A stretch of 64,000 nt of DNA, taken from NCBI GenBank assembly GCA_035540555.1, contig DATLGJ010000001.1:73032-137031 (forward strand), in the 5' to 3' direction. Shown piece by piece: positions 20,411 through 28,689 of this stretch (position 1 is its first letter; every line of letters starts with the position of its first letter). Under the pieces are notes generated by a model. The model did no database searches. It was not told the origin of the DNA and was given only the letters and a program-made list of their open reading frames with translations. The translations under genes were made by a program, and so were the position numbers. The stretch is from Candidatus Limnocylindrales bacterium (GTDB lineage: Bacteria > Chloroflexota > Limnocylindria > Limnocylindrales > CSP1-4).

Positions 20411-21130
20411 TCAGAGGCCCAGCTCCAGCCGCTGGACCAGCCGTCGGGGCAGGCCGGCCTCGCGCATCAGCTCCTGGACGTTGCCGATGTCGTACTCCGC
20501 CCGGCGCCACTCGACGGTGTGGTTGTCCGTGTCGATAACCATCCCCGAGGCTCGCTTATCACCGTCCCGCGGTTGGCCGACGCTGCCGGGGTTGAGCAGA
20601 GCGCGCCGTGCGGCGAGTTCGAGCGCAGCTCCATCCGGGCTGTGTGCCTCTACCGTGCTGTCTTCGATGAGATATGCCATGGGGACGTGGGTGTGCCCGA
20701 CCAGGCAATGCGTGGATGTGACCTGGGCCATGCTGCCGCGTGCCGTCCGACCAGTGAACACGTACTCCCACGTCGGGTCGCGCGGACTGCCATGGACGAG
20801 CGTGAAATCGGCGATCTCGCGGCGCTCTGGCAGGTCGGTCAGCCACGCACGGCTGATGTCTGAGAGCTGGTCGGCCGTCCATTCGACCGCGGCGCGGGCC
20901 TCGTCGTTGAACGCGTCGGTGGGGAGCTGGCCTATCGCCGCTGCATCGTGATTGCCGCGCACCCCCAACGCTCCCTCCGCGGCGAGCCGGGCAACGACCT
21001 CGTTGGGCTGGGGCCCGTAGCCGACGATGTCACCCAGGTGCCACAGCGCATCGTATGGCGCCATGGCGGCCAGGATGGCCTCCAGCGCGGGCAGGTTGGA
21101 GTGCACGTCGGACAGTACGCAGATGCGCAT
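20411..21130 (-). CDS. metallophosphoesterase (calcineurin-like, YfcE/MJ0936-type)
   Basis: 239 aa; MRICVLSDVHSN, LGDIVGYGP, RGNHD, GHTH. Confidence 0.85.
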   Translation of the reverse strand: MRICVLSDVHSNLPALEAILAAMAPYDALWHLGDIVGYGPQPNEVVARLAAEGALGVRGNHDAAAIGQLPTDAFNDEARAAVEWTADQLSDISRAWLTDLPERREIADFTLVHGSPRDPTWEYVFTGRTARGSMAQVTSTHCLVGHTHVPMAYLIEDSTVEAHSPDGAALELAARRALLNPGSVGQPRDGDKRASGMVIDTDNHTVEWRRAEYDIGNVQELMREAGLPRRLVQRLELGL

Positions 21131-21141
21131 CGACGCTCAGC

Positions 21142-22143
21142 CTAGCGCCCGGGGCGCCGTCGTTCCGCCGGCGGGCGCGGATAGCGGTCGGGAGTGTGGC
21201 GGACCTTGCGCACCACGACCAGCCGATGGTCGGCCAGGCCGGCGCGACCCTGCCGATCCGGCGCAACCACGAAGGGATGGTCTCCACCGGCTGCGGCCAC
21301 CACTCGTCGCGCATCGTTGATCTCCTGGCGCAGGCCGGCCGGCGCCGGCTCGCGCTTCCAGGCAACCACGTAGCCGCCCGGGCGGAGCAGGGGTAGCCCG
21401 AGCTCCGCCACCTCGGCCAGCGTGCCGACCGCACGGGCGACGACGAAATCCCAGCCCTCGCGATGCTCCGGCTCCTCCGCCAGATCCTCTGCCCGCTCGG
21501 CCAACGCCTCGAAGAAGGGCGCCGGCTCGCCGTGAGCCGCCAGGGCTGCTGCGGCAGCCGCCGCGGCAGCGTCGAGGAATGCCTGCTTCTTGCCGACCGA
21601 ATCGACGAGCGCGCAGCGGCCGGCCGGTGCCGCGACAGCGAGGGGAAGGCCGGGATAGCCCGCGCCGCTGCCCAGGTCGAGCACGGTCGGCCCGGGCGCT
21701 TCCGCCGCCCCCGGCTCGCCGGCCCCATGGATGCGCTCGCGATGCAGCCGGCGAAGCAGCCCGGTGCCGGACAGGCTGTCGAGGACATGGCCGCGGGCAA
21801 TCTGCTCAGGCGTACGCAGGGCGGTCAGGTTGATGTGCTGGTTCCAGGCCCGCATCAGCCGCAGCTGGGCGTCGAGTGCGGCTCGGGCGCCCGGCGAGAG
21901 TGCCAGCGCCAGGTGGGGCAAGCCTTCGTCGATGATCTGCCAGATCTCGGCCGCGACCGGATCGAGCTGAGAGGGATCGCGCGGCAATGGCGGGCGGTCC
22001 GAAGACGACCGCGGGAGCGATTGCGGACCGGAGTCGGCCTCGTGCCCGGCGTGCTCCGTTGTTGTGTCCGCGGATCGCTCCCGGCGGCGTGACGTTTGTG
22101 GCACCGCGACCTTTCGGTTTTCCCTCGCCTGTCGGTCGTTCAT
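21142..22143 (-). CDS. rsmG: 16S rRNA (guanine527-N7)-methyltransferase with ~60-aa low-complexity N-terminal extension
   Basis: 333 aa; WNQHINLTALRTPEQIARGHVLDSL, VLDLGSGAGYPGLPLA, VDSVGKKQAFL. Confidence 0.85.
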   Translation of the reverse strand: MNDRQARENRKVAVPQTSRRRERSADTTTEHAGHEADSGPQSLPRSSSDRPPLPRDPSQLDPVAAEIWQIIDEGLPHLALALSPGARAALDAQLRLMRAWNQHINLTALRTPEQIARGHVLDSLSGTGLLRRLHRERIHGAGEPGAAEAPGPTVLDLGSGAGYPGLPLAVAAPAGRCALVDSVGKKQAFLDAAAAAAAAALAAHGEPAPFFEALAERAEDLAEEPEHREGWDFVVARAVGTLAEVAELGLPLLRPGGYVVAWKREPAPAGLRQEINDARRVVAAAGGDHPFVVAPDRQGRAGLADHRLVVVRKVRHTPDRYPRPPAERRRPGR

Positions 22144-22344
22144 GGCCGGATTTCTCCGGCCGCCGGTCAGGCGAGGTTACCGTACTTGGCCTGGGTTCCT
22201 TTTCCCCCGCGCCATGCGCGGCGGTGCGACAGGAAAAGAAGGATCGGCGCCATTCGCGCCGGGTTCAACCGGCTTATCCACGGATCTGCCGGCGCACCGC
22301 CCTTTGTGGACAAAGCCGGCCGCCGGCAGCCGCGCTGTGGAAAG

Positions 22345-22719
22345 TCAGTCGGAGCTGCGCGCCCTCACCGGTCGTCCCATGCTGCGCCGGACGACCTCCA
22401 TCACCTCTTCGGTGTAGGCCTCGGCCTTGCCCGTCTTTACCGCGGTCGACAGGCAGCCCGCAACATGGTCCTCCATCAGCATCAGCGAGACCGCGTCGAC
22501 CGCCGCCCGCAGCGCCGCTGTCTGCTGCAGGATGTCGATGCAGTATTCGTCGCGCTCGATCATTCGGCCGATGCCGCGCACCTGGCCCTCCATCCGGGAC
22601 AGGCGCCGCAGCAGCTGGGCGCGGTCCTTGGTGTAGCTGCGGGGCGGTGCGGCAGCGCGCGTGGTGGCGCGGGCGGAAGTGCGGTCGGCGGCGCGGGCGG
22701 AAGTGCGGTCGGCGCTCAT
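22345..22719 (-). CDS. csoR: CsoR/RcnR-family metal-sensing transcriptional repressor (DUF156)
   Basis: 124 aa; LLRRLSRMEGQVRGIGRMIERDEYCIDILQQTAALRAAVDAVSLMLMEDHVAGC (the C...H...C ligand pattern). Confidence 0.85.
   Translation of the reverse strand: MSADRTSARAADRTSARATTRAAAPPRSYTKDRAQLLRRLSRMEGQVRGIGRMIERDEYCIDILQQTAALRAAVDAVSLMLMEDHVAGCLSTAVKTGKAEAYTEEVMEVVRRSMGRPVRARSSD
22667..22714. repeat. perfect 24-bp tandem duplication inside the csoR 5' end
   Basis: gcgcgggcggaagtgcggtcggcg occurs twice back to back (22667-22690, 22691-22714); encodes ADRTSARA x2. Confidence 0.9.
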
Positions 22720-22734
22720 ACTGGTAGGGAGTAT
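22718..22734. promoter_or_regulatory. inverted repeat ATACT-N7-AGTAT overlapping the csoR -10 (TATACT) and start codon; candidate CsoR operator
   Basis: minus strand reads ggTATACTCCCTACCAGTATGagc. Confidence 0.4.
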
Positions 22735-22817
22735 ACCGTGTGACAGCCGTCACCAGTTCGCAACAGACGCGCCGCGCCCGCCACCCGTGGTGTCATCTAT
22801 CGGGCTAGACTCGGTTC

Positions 22818-23201
22818 ATGAACGGTCCGGAGTGGCTCCACAGCCAGTTGACGGCGTTCACCTGCCCCGCCTGTCGGAGTCATTACCAGGCGGGCAGCAT
22901 CCGTCTCCTGGCCGAGCGTGATGGCCTCTTCTTCGTAGACCTGGACTGCGCCGGCTGTCGCAGCCACTCGGTGGCCATCGTCACCCTCGGCATGGAAGAC
23001 GCGGAAGCGGAGATTGCCTCGGTGCCCGTTGTGGTCGACCGGCCGGAGGACATTGAGCCCCGCCCGACGATCTCGGCCGGCGGCCCGGTGAGCGCGGACG
23101 ATGTGCTCGAGATGCACGAGTTTCTCGCTCACTTCCGGGGCGACGTGGACGAGATGTTCCGAGCCGCCGCACGGCAGGCAGGTGGCATGGACCACAGGTG
23201 A
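22818..23201 (+). CDS. hypothetical protein with a CxxC...CxxC zinc-ribbon-like N-terminus
   Basis: 127 aa; FTCPACRSHY...DLDCAGCRSH; TAGACT box at 22806-22811 only 6 nt before the ATG (leaderless-like). Confidence 0.55.
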   Translation: MNGPEWLHSQLTAFTCPACRSHYQAGSIRLLAERDGLFFVDLDCAGCRSHSVAIVTLGMEDAEAEIASVPVVVDRPEDIEPRPTISAGGPVSADDVLEMHEFLAHFRGDVDEMFRAAARQAGGMDHR

Positions 23202-23773
23202 GCGGCCAGCCCCGTTTCGCCCACGCCAGCGAAGCCGAGCTGGCCCGGATACTCGACTACTACGCCGTCCGATGGGAGTACGAGCCGCACACCTTTCCGA
23301 TCCAGTGGAACCTCGACGGGGCGGTCGTCGAGAGCTTCTCGCCTGACTTCTACCTGCCCGAGCTCGACCTGTACGTGGAGCTGACGACGCTCAAGCAGAG
23401 CCTCGTCCGGCGCAAGAACCGCAAGCTGCGACGCTTGCGCGAGCTCTACCCCGACATTCGCGTCAAGCTGTTCTATGGCAAGGACTTCAAGGCGCTGATG
23501 CTCAAGTACGGGCGGTTTGACGTAGCTGCCTCGCTGAGCGGCCTGGACGGTCAGACGCTGGCCCAGGAAGCGCTGGCGGCGACGGCAGTGGCGAGCGAGC
23601 CAAGGATCGCCAAGGATGCCGGGCCGGTCGACGTGATTGCGCCGTCGGCAGCCACAGCCGGCGAGCCGACCGATCCGCCGGCCGAGCGCCGGCAGAGGCT
23701 TTCACGCGGCATGCGAAGGCGCCGCGCACGCCGCACCTATCGAGCAGCCATGCTCGGGCTGGAGGCTGGCTGA
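23198..23773 (+). CDS. hypothetical protein, possible PD-(D/E)xK nuclease-like core
   Basis: 191 aa; GTG overlaps the upstream TGA (GTGA); YEPHTFPIQW...FSPDFYLPELDLYVELTTLKQ...KNRKLRRL; fold assignment is a guess from the D...E pattern. Confidence 0.6.
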   Translation: MSGQPRFAHASEAELARILDYYAVRWEYEPHTFPIQWNLDGAVVESFSPDFYLPELDLYVELTTLKQSLVRRKNRKLRRLRELYPDIRVKLFYGKDFKALMLKYGRFDVAASLSGLDGQTLAQEALAATAVASEPRIAKDAGPVDVIAPSAATAGEPTDPPAERRQRLSRGMRRRRARRTYRAAMLGLEAG

Positions 23774-23793
23774 GAGTCGGATAGAGGGAAATG

Positions 23794-23819
23794 TTGAATG
23801 ACTGAGTTGAATGACTGAG
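23794..23819. repeat. perfect 13-bp tandem duplication (TTGAATGACTGAG x2) spanning the hpt start codon
   Basis: 23794-23806 equals 23807-23819; the second copy supplies ATG 23811. Confidence 0.9.
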
Positions 23820-24383
23820 CTGAAGCGCCGCCCGGACCTGGTCCACGACGTGGCCGAGGTGCTCGTCACCGAGGAGCAGATCCAGGCCAAGGTTCGTGAG
23901 CTCGGCCAGCGGCTCGCCACCGACTACGCGGACACGGAGCTGACGCTGGTCAGCGTTCTGAAGGGTTCGCTGCCGTTCATGGCAGACCTGATGCGAGCCA
24001 TCCCGATACCGGTCCAGATCGACCTGATGGAGGTCAGCTCATACGGTGGCGCGACCACGGAGACGTCCGGTCTCGTGCGCATCCTCAAGGACCTCAGCTC
24101 GTCGATTGCGGGCAGGGATGTTCTCATCGTCGAGGACATCATCGACACCGGCCTGACGCTCAACTACCTGCTGCGCTACCTGCGCGGCAAGAACCCCAGA
24201 AGCCTGCGCATCTGCGCGCTGCTCGACAAGCCGGCACGACGCCTGGTCGACATCCCGATCGACTACGTGGGCTTCACCATCCCCGATCAATTCGTGATCG
24301 GCTATGGGCTCGACTACGGCGAGTTCTACCGCAACCTGCCCTTCATCGGCGTGCTCAAGCCGGAGGTATACGAGGACCGGTGA
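23811..24383 (+). CDS. hpt: hypoxanthine-guanine phosphoribosyltransferase
   Basis: 190 aa; PRPP motif VLIVEDIIDTGLTL, ICALLDKPARR, VGFTIPDQFVIGYGLDY. Confidence 0.95.
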   Translation: MTELKRRPDLVHDVAEVLVTEEQIQAKVRELGQRLATDYADTELTLVSVLKGSLPFMADLMRAIPIPVQIDLMEVSSYGGATTETSGLVRILKDLSSSIAGRDVLIVEDIIDTGLTLNYLLRYLRGKNPRSLRICALLDKPARRLVDIPIDYVGFTIPDQFVIGYGLDYGEFYRNLPFIGVLKPEVYEDR

Positions 24384-24805
24384 CCCGCCGCTCCCTGGGG
24401 CGCGGCCGGCTGATCCTGGTCATCGGCGCGCTGATCGTCGTCGCCGGATCTCTGCCGGCCTGGTGGTCGGTCGGCGGTACCGCGCAGCCCGAGGTCAGTG
24501 GCAACGCCTTCGACTTCCCGGCGAGCGGCATCCTCGTCTTCCTCGCTGCCATCCTGATGCTGTTCCTCGTGGTCCTGCCATACGCCACCCGCGACGGCGA
24601 GGTGGGACTCGATCGACCGCTCGTGTATGGCTTGCTGCTGTTGATCGCCCTCGGCGGCTTCGCCGTGCGGCTGTATCAGATCAGCACCTTCGGCGGGCTC
24701 GGCCTGCCCGATCGCGCACCGGGCCTTTATGTCACCGGTGCCGGGCTGCTCGTCCTGTGCTGGGCACTCGTTGAGCTGGTCGGCGAGCGACCGACCGAGT
24801 GGTGA
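24380..24805 (+). CDS. integral membrane protein, unknown function
   Basis: 141 aa, 4 hydrophobic segments; GTG overlaps the hpt stop (GTGA). Confidence 0.6.
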   Translation: MTRRSLGRGRLILVIGALIVVAGSLPAWWSVGGTAQPEVSGNAFDFPASGILVFLAAILMLFLVVLPYATRDGEVGLDRPLVYGLLLLIALGGFAVRLYQISTFGGLGLPDRAPGLYVTGAGLLVLCWALVELVGERPTEW

Positions 24806-24812
24806 CGCGCTT

Positions 24813-25652
24813 TCAGTCCGTCGGCAGGCCGTCGGTGGCAGCCAGCTCCGCCCACGCCCTGGCGTAGAGCCCTGCCCGGATCGGCAGGTAGCCCGGGTAG
24901 TCCACGCGTGCCTTCCGCACCACCTCGCGCTCGATCGTGACCAGGGCCAGCGGCTCGGTCGTCTCGACCAGCACCTGACCCTCCGGATCGATGGCGACAG
25001 ACGGGCCGCCGATGAGGACCCCTTCCTCCGGCGCCGGGCGGTTGACCGACAGCACGTAGGCGGTGGACGTCAGCGCGTTGGCCTGGAAGACCACCTTCCA
25101 GCGGAGGTACGTGTCCTGCTCCGTGGCACGCGGGATGAGGATGGCTTCAGCACCCTGCGCCCCTAGGAGGTGACTGCCTTCCGGTCGGTTGGTGTCCGAG
25201 CAGATCTGCATGCCGACATTCAAGGCGAAGGCATCGCTGGGTCTAGGCGCGGTGGTGCCTGGCTGGTAGTGGCTGGTCTCCCAGAAACCGGGTTCCTCCG
25301 GCAGGTGCAGCTTCTCGTAGCGCGCGACCACCTCGCCGGCACGGTCGAACAGCAGAGCGCGACTCGTTCGGCGGCCTGTTCCCGGGTCGCGATTGATGAT
25401 CCCGCCGAGGATTCCCACGCCGGTGGCACGGGCAGCCTGGGCCATGACCTGGGTTCGCCGGCCCCCCTCCTGCTCGGCGTCCTCGTCGACCGGATCCTTC
25501 GTCGCCGGACGCCACGGGTTCAGCGGCAGCTCGGGCAGCAGGGCCAGCTCTGCGCCCCGGTCGGCAGCCTCGCGCAGGCGCTCGGTCAGCCGCGCCGCGC
25601 CGCCTTCCTGCCAGTAGACCTCCGAGATGAGCGCGACGGTCAGCCGGCTCAT
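24813..25652 (-). CDS. carbon-nitrogen hydrolase (nitrilase superfamily amidase)
   Basis: C-terminal 279 aa of track ORF 24813..26189; the ATG at 25652 overlaps the upstream TGA (ATGA); Glu-Lys-Cys candidates in LLPELPL, YEKLHLP, GMQICSD. Confidence 0.85.
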   Translation of the reverse strand: MSRLTVALISEVYWQEGGAARLTERLREAADRGAELALLPELPLNPWRPATKDPVDEDAEQEGGRRTQVMAQAARATGVGILGGIINRDPGTGRRTSRALLFDRAGEVVARYEKLHLPEEPGFWETSHYQPGTTAPRPSDAFALNVGMQICSDTNRPEGSHLLGAQGAEAILIPRATEQDTYLRWKVVFQANALTSTAYVLSVNRPAPEEGVLIGGPSVAIDPEGQVLVETTEPLALVTIEREVVRKARVDYPGYLPIRAGLYARAWAELAATDGLPTD

Positions 25653-26788
25653 CCGTCCAGGAACTCCCTGACCAGCTGCTGGAAGTGATAGACGCCGTTC
25701 TCCCGCTTGGCCGAGAACCTGCCGGTGTCGTACGCGCGAGAGCGCAGGCCGCGCTGCACCTGCTCGCAGATCTGGATGTCCTCCTGCTGGATCTGGTCCG
25801 AGAAGGCGATCGTCTGCTGCATCGATTCCCAGCCCTCGCCCGACCCCGGCTCGGCGAAGAACCATTCGAAGATGGTCAGCGTGCGATCCGGGCCGAGGGG
25901 CAGGATGACGTTGGAGGACATGTTGTCCTGGTAGATGTTGAACATCGTGTTCGGGAAGAGCCAGTAGTAAAGCGCGTCGTCCTCGCCGTCGGGCGAGCGG
26001 ATGTAGCGTCGGTCGCGACCCAGCTCCTCTCCTGGCCTGAGCTCTCGTATCGGCGCGTGCTGCTTGGAGTAGTAGCGGAAGGTCTCGACCTGGTACGAGT
26101 CGTAGTCGAGCTCCTTGAACAGCTGCGGATGGGCAATCGGCAGGTGATATCCCTCGAGGTAGTTGTCGACGTACACCTTCCAGTTGCACTCGATGACGTA
26201 GTCGCGGCGCTCGATCAGGCGCATGTGCTCAACGTCGTAGCCGGCGCGGGCGACCTCTGCCGGGATGGCGCCCAGGATCTCGAGCAACGGCGACGCTTCG
26301 GCGTCCAGGTTGGCGAAGACGAAGGGACCCCAGCGTTCCACGCGAACTGGCAGCAGGCCGAAGTCCTCCTTGCGGAAGTCCTCAGTGCCCTCCATCTCGG
26401 GGCAGGCGCGCAGGGCCCCGTCAAGGCCATACGTCCAGCCGTGGTAGCGGCACTGCAGGCTTTTGCGGTTGCCCTTGGAAAGCGCGACCTGGCCCGCACG
26501 GTGGCGACAGACGTTGTAGAAGCCGCGCAGCAGTCCATCCGTGCCGTGCGTGATGACTATCGGCTCGTCGAGAATCGTCGCGGGCACGAAGTCGCCCGGG
26601 CGGGCGAGGTCGTCGATGCGCGCTACGAGCTGCCAGGTACGCCCGAAGATCTCCGTCTTCTCGCGCTCGTACATCGCCGGATCGAGGTAGTAGGCGGCAG
26701 GCAGGGTGGCCGCGCGCGGCAGATCTGCAAGCAGCGCAGAGGTCGCGTCTCGCTCAAGGGTGTCTGTCATGCCGTAGAGTGTATGCAC
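25649..26788 (-). CDS. Rieske [2Fe-2S] non-heme-iron oxygenase alpha subunit (choline-monooxygenase-like family)
   Basis: 379 aa; Rieske motif CRHRAG...CRYHGWTY; C-terminal catalytic-domain-like part. Confidence 0.9.
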   Translation of the reverse strand: MHTLYGMTDTLERDATSALLADLPRAATLPAAYYLDPAMYEREKTEIFGRTWQLVARIDDLARPGDFVPATILDEPIVITHGTDGLLRGFYNVCRHRAGQVALSKGNRKSLQCRYHGWTYGLDGALRACPEMEGTEDFRKEDFGLLPVRVERWGPFVFANLDAEASPLLEILGAIPAEVARAGYDVEHMRLIERRDYVIECNWKVYVDNYLEGYHLPIAHPQLFKELDYDSYQVETFRYYSKQHAPIRELRPGEELGRDRRYIRSPDGEDDALYYWLFPNTMFNIYQDNMSSNVILPLGPDRTLTIFEWFFAEPGSGEGWESMQQTIAFSDQIQQEDIQICEQVQRGLRSRAYDTGRFSAKRENGVYHFQQLVREFLDG

Positions 26789-26883
26789 TTGGGCTGTGCC
26801 ATCCCCTTTGGCGCCTGCCCGTGTCCGACGCGACCTTTCGGTCCCGTCATGACAACCAAGGAAAGTGAGGAGGCACGAACCGC

Positions 26884-27810
26884 ATGTCCGTCCACGTGCG
26901 GGCGATGGCCCTGGCCATCGTCGCGCTGCTGATGCTCAGCGCATGTCAACCGGGTGCCGAGCCCACACCGGGCCAGACGCCAGGCGACACGCCTGCCGCC
27001 CAGACGCCGGGCGGGAGCCCGGCGCAGACACCGGGCGGCGGCGGCGAGGATCTGCTCGACCGCATCCGCGAGCAGGGCTACATCCGCATCTCGACCGATC
27101 CCAACTACGCTCCGCAGTCGTTCATCAACGAGGAGGGCGAGTACGACGGCTTTGACGTCGCCGTGGCACGCGAGATCGCCGAGCGGCTGGGCGTCGAGGT
27201 GCGCTTTGAGACGCCCGAGTGGGACGCCATCACGGCCGGCAGCTGGGGCGATCGCTGGGACGTGAGTGTCGGTTCGATGACGGTCACCGAGGAGCGCATG
27301 GAGGTCCTCGATTTCACTCAGCCGTACTACTACACGCCCGCTCAGCTGGCGGTCCTGGAGGACCATCCGGCGCAGAGCATCGACGAACTTGCCGGCGAGG
27401 TCGTATGCGCGGGCGAGGCGACGACCTACGTCTTCTGGATCGAGGGCACGCTGAACCTCGGCGAGGGCGGAGTCGTTGACCGGGAGCCGCCGGAGGGTAT
27501 GACCTCCACCACGCTGCCGACCGACGCGGAGTGCGCCCAAGCGATGCGTGCCGGTCGAACGGAGTTCACTGTCTGGATGAGCTCGCTGACGACCGTCGAC
27601 GAGGCCATCTCACAGGGCATGCCCCTGCGCAAGATCGGTGAGCCCGTCTTCTACGAGCCACTGGCCGCAGCCTTCGACCGGGGCGGCCCCGAGCACTCCG
27701 AGCTGCTCGCCGAGATCGACCGGATCATTGGCGAGATGCATGAGGACGGGACCCTCTCCCGGCTCAGCGAGGAGTGGTTCGACGGAGTGGACTACACCAC
27801 CACCCAGTAG
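26884..27810 (+). CDS. polar amino-acid/opine-type ABC transporter substrate-binding lipoprotein (family 3)
   Basis: 308 aa; lipobox LLMLSAC; YIRISTDPNYAPQSF, GFDVAVAREIAERLG, VLDFTQPYY. Confidence 0.9.
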   Translation: MSVHVRAMALAIVALLMLSACQPGAEPTPGQTPGDTPAAQTPGGSPAQTPGGGGEDLLDRIREQGYIRISTDPNYAPQSFINEEGEYDGFDVAVAREIAERLGVEVRFETPEWDAITAGSWGDRWDVSVGSMTVTEERMEVLDFTQPYYYTPAQLAVLEDHPAQSIDELAGEVVCAGEATTYVFWIEGTLNLGEGGVVDREPPEGMTSTTLPTDAECAQAMRAGRTEFTVWMSSLTTVDEAISQGMPLRKIGEPVFYEPLAAAFDRGGPEHSELLAEIDRIIGEMHEDGTLSRLSEEWFDGVDYTTTQ

Positions 27811-27833
27811 TTTCCACCTGGCGCAACCAGCAT

Positions 27834-27864
27834 GAGACGGGGACGCTTGACGCGTCCCCGTCTC
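27834..27864 (+). terminator. perfect 13-bp stem / 5-nt loop hairpin between the SBP and permease genes (intra-operon attenuator or terminator)
   Basis: GAGACGGGGACGC-ttgac-GCGTCCCCGTCTC; no U-tract follows. Confidence 0.5.
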
Positions 27865-27987
27865 GCGTGAAGGGAAGTCCCGATAAGCCAGCAGCCGAGC
27901 TACGGACGGCCGGAGATCCTCGACCAGATCACGGTCCTGCAGCGCCATCGACGGCGCTGGTTCCGGGTCAAGTTCTTCGCTGTCTGG

Positions 27988-28689
27988 GTGGTGCTGGTGG
28001 GAGCCCTGGTCGCGTCCCTCTACTCGACCGGCAACATCGACCCGGACTGGCTGCGTCGCAACTCACCGTTCATCCTCCAGGGCACGCAGACCACGGTCAT
28101 CATCTGCGTCAGCTCGATCATCCTGGCGACGGCGCTGGCCCTGGTCGGCTCCGTCTCGCGCCTTTCGGGCAACGTCGTCGTCAACTCGGTGGCGTCGCTG
28201 TACGTCTCTCTCATCCGCGGCACCCCGCTCCTCGTTCAAATCCTCTTCATTTATCTCGCCCTGCCCCAGCTCGGCATTGTGCTTCCACCACTGGAGGGGG
28301 GAATCCTCGCGCTCGGGCTCAACTACGGCGCCTACATGACCGAGATCTTCCGCGCCGGCATCCAGGCTGTGCCGCGTGGCCAGCGCGAGGCCGCCCAGGC
28401 GTTGGGCATGAAGGAGCGGCTGATCATGCGCCGGATCGTGATGCCGCAGGCCATCCGCATCGTGGTGCCGGCGATCGGCAACGAGTTCATCGCGATGATC
28501 AAGGACTCGTCGCTACTCTCGGTGGTGGCGGTGACCGAGCTGCTCTGGCGCGCGCGGCGGGTGGGGGTGCGTGACTTCGAAACGCTCCAGGCGCTGCTGG
28601 TCGCGGCGGTCGTCTACTGGACGCTGACGATCCTGTTCTCGTTCTTCCAGGAGAGGCTGGAGCGACGCATGGCGAGGGGCGATCGATGA
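27988..28689 (+). CDS. amino-acid ABC transporter permease (His/Glu/Gln/Arg/opine family)
   Basis: 233 aa; SLIRGTPLLVQILFIYLALP, EAAQALGM, EF.AMIKDSSLLSV; the frame is open from 27871 and the true start may lie upstream (see findings). Confidence 0.85.
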   Translation: MVLVGALVASLYSTGNIDPDWLRRNSPFILQGTQTTVIICVSSIILATALALVGSVSRLSGNVVVNSVASLYVSLIRGTPLLVQILFIYLALPQLGIVLPPLEGGILALGLNYGAYMTEIFRAGIQAVPRGQREAAQALGMKERLIMRRIVMPQAIRIVVPAIGNEFIAMIKDSSLLSVVAVTELLWRARRVGVRDFETLQALLVAAVVYWTLTILFSFFQERLERRMARGDR

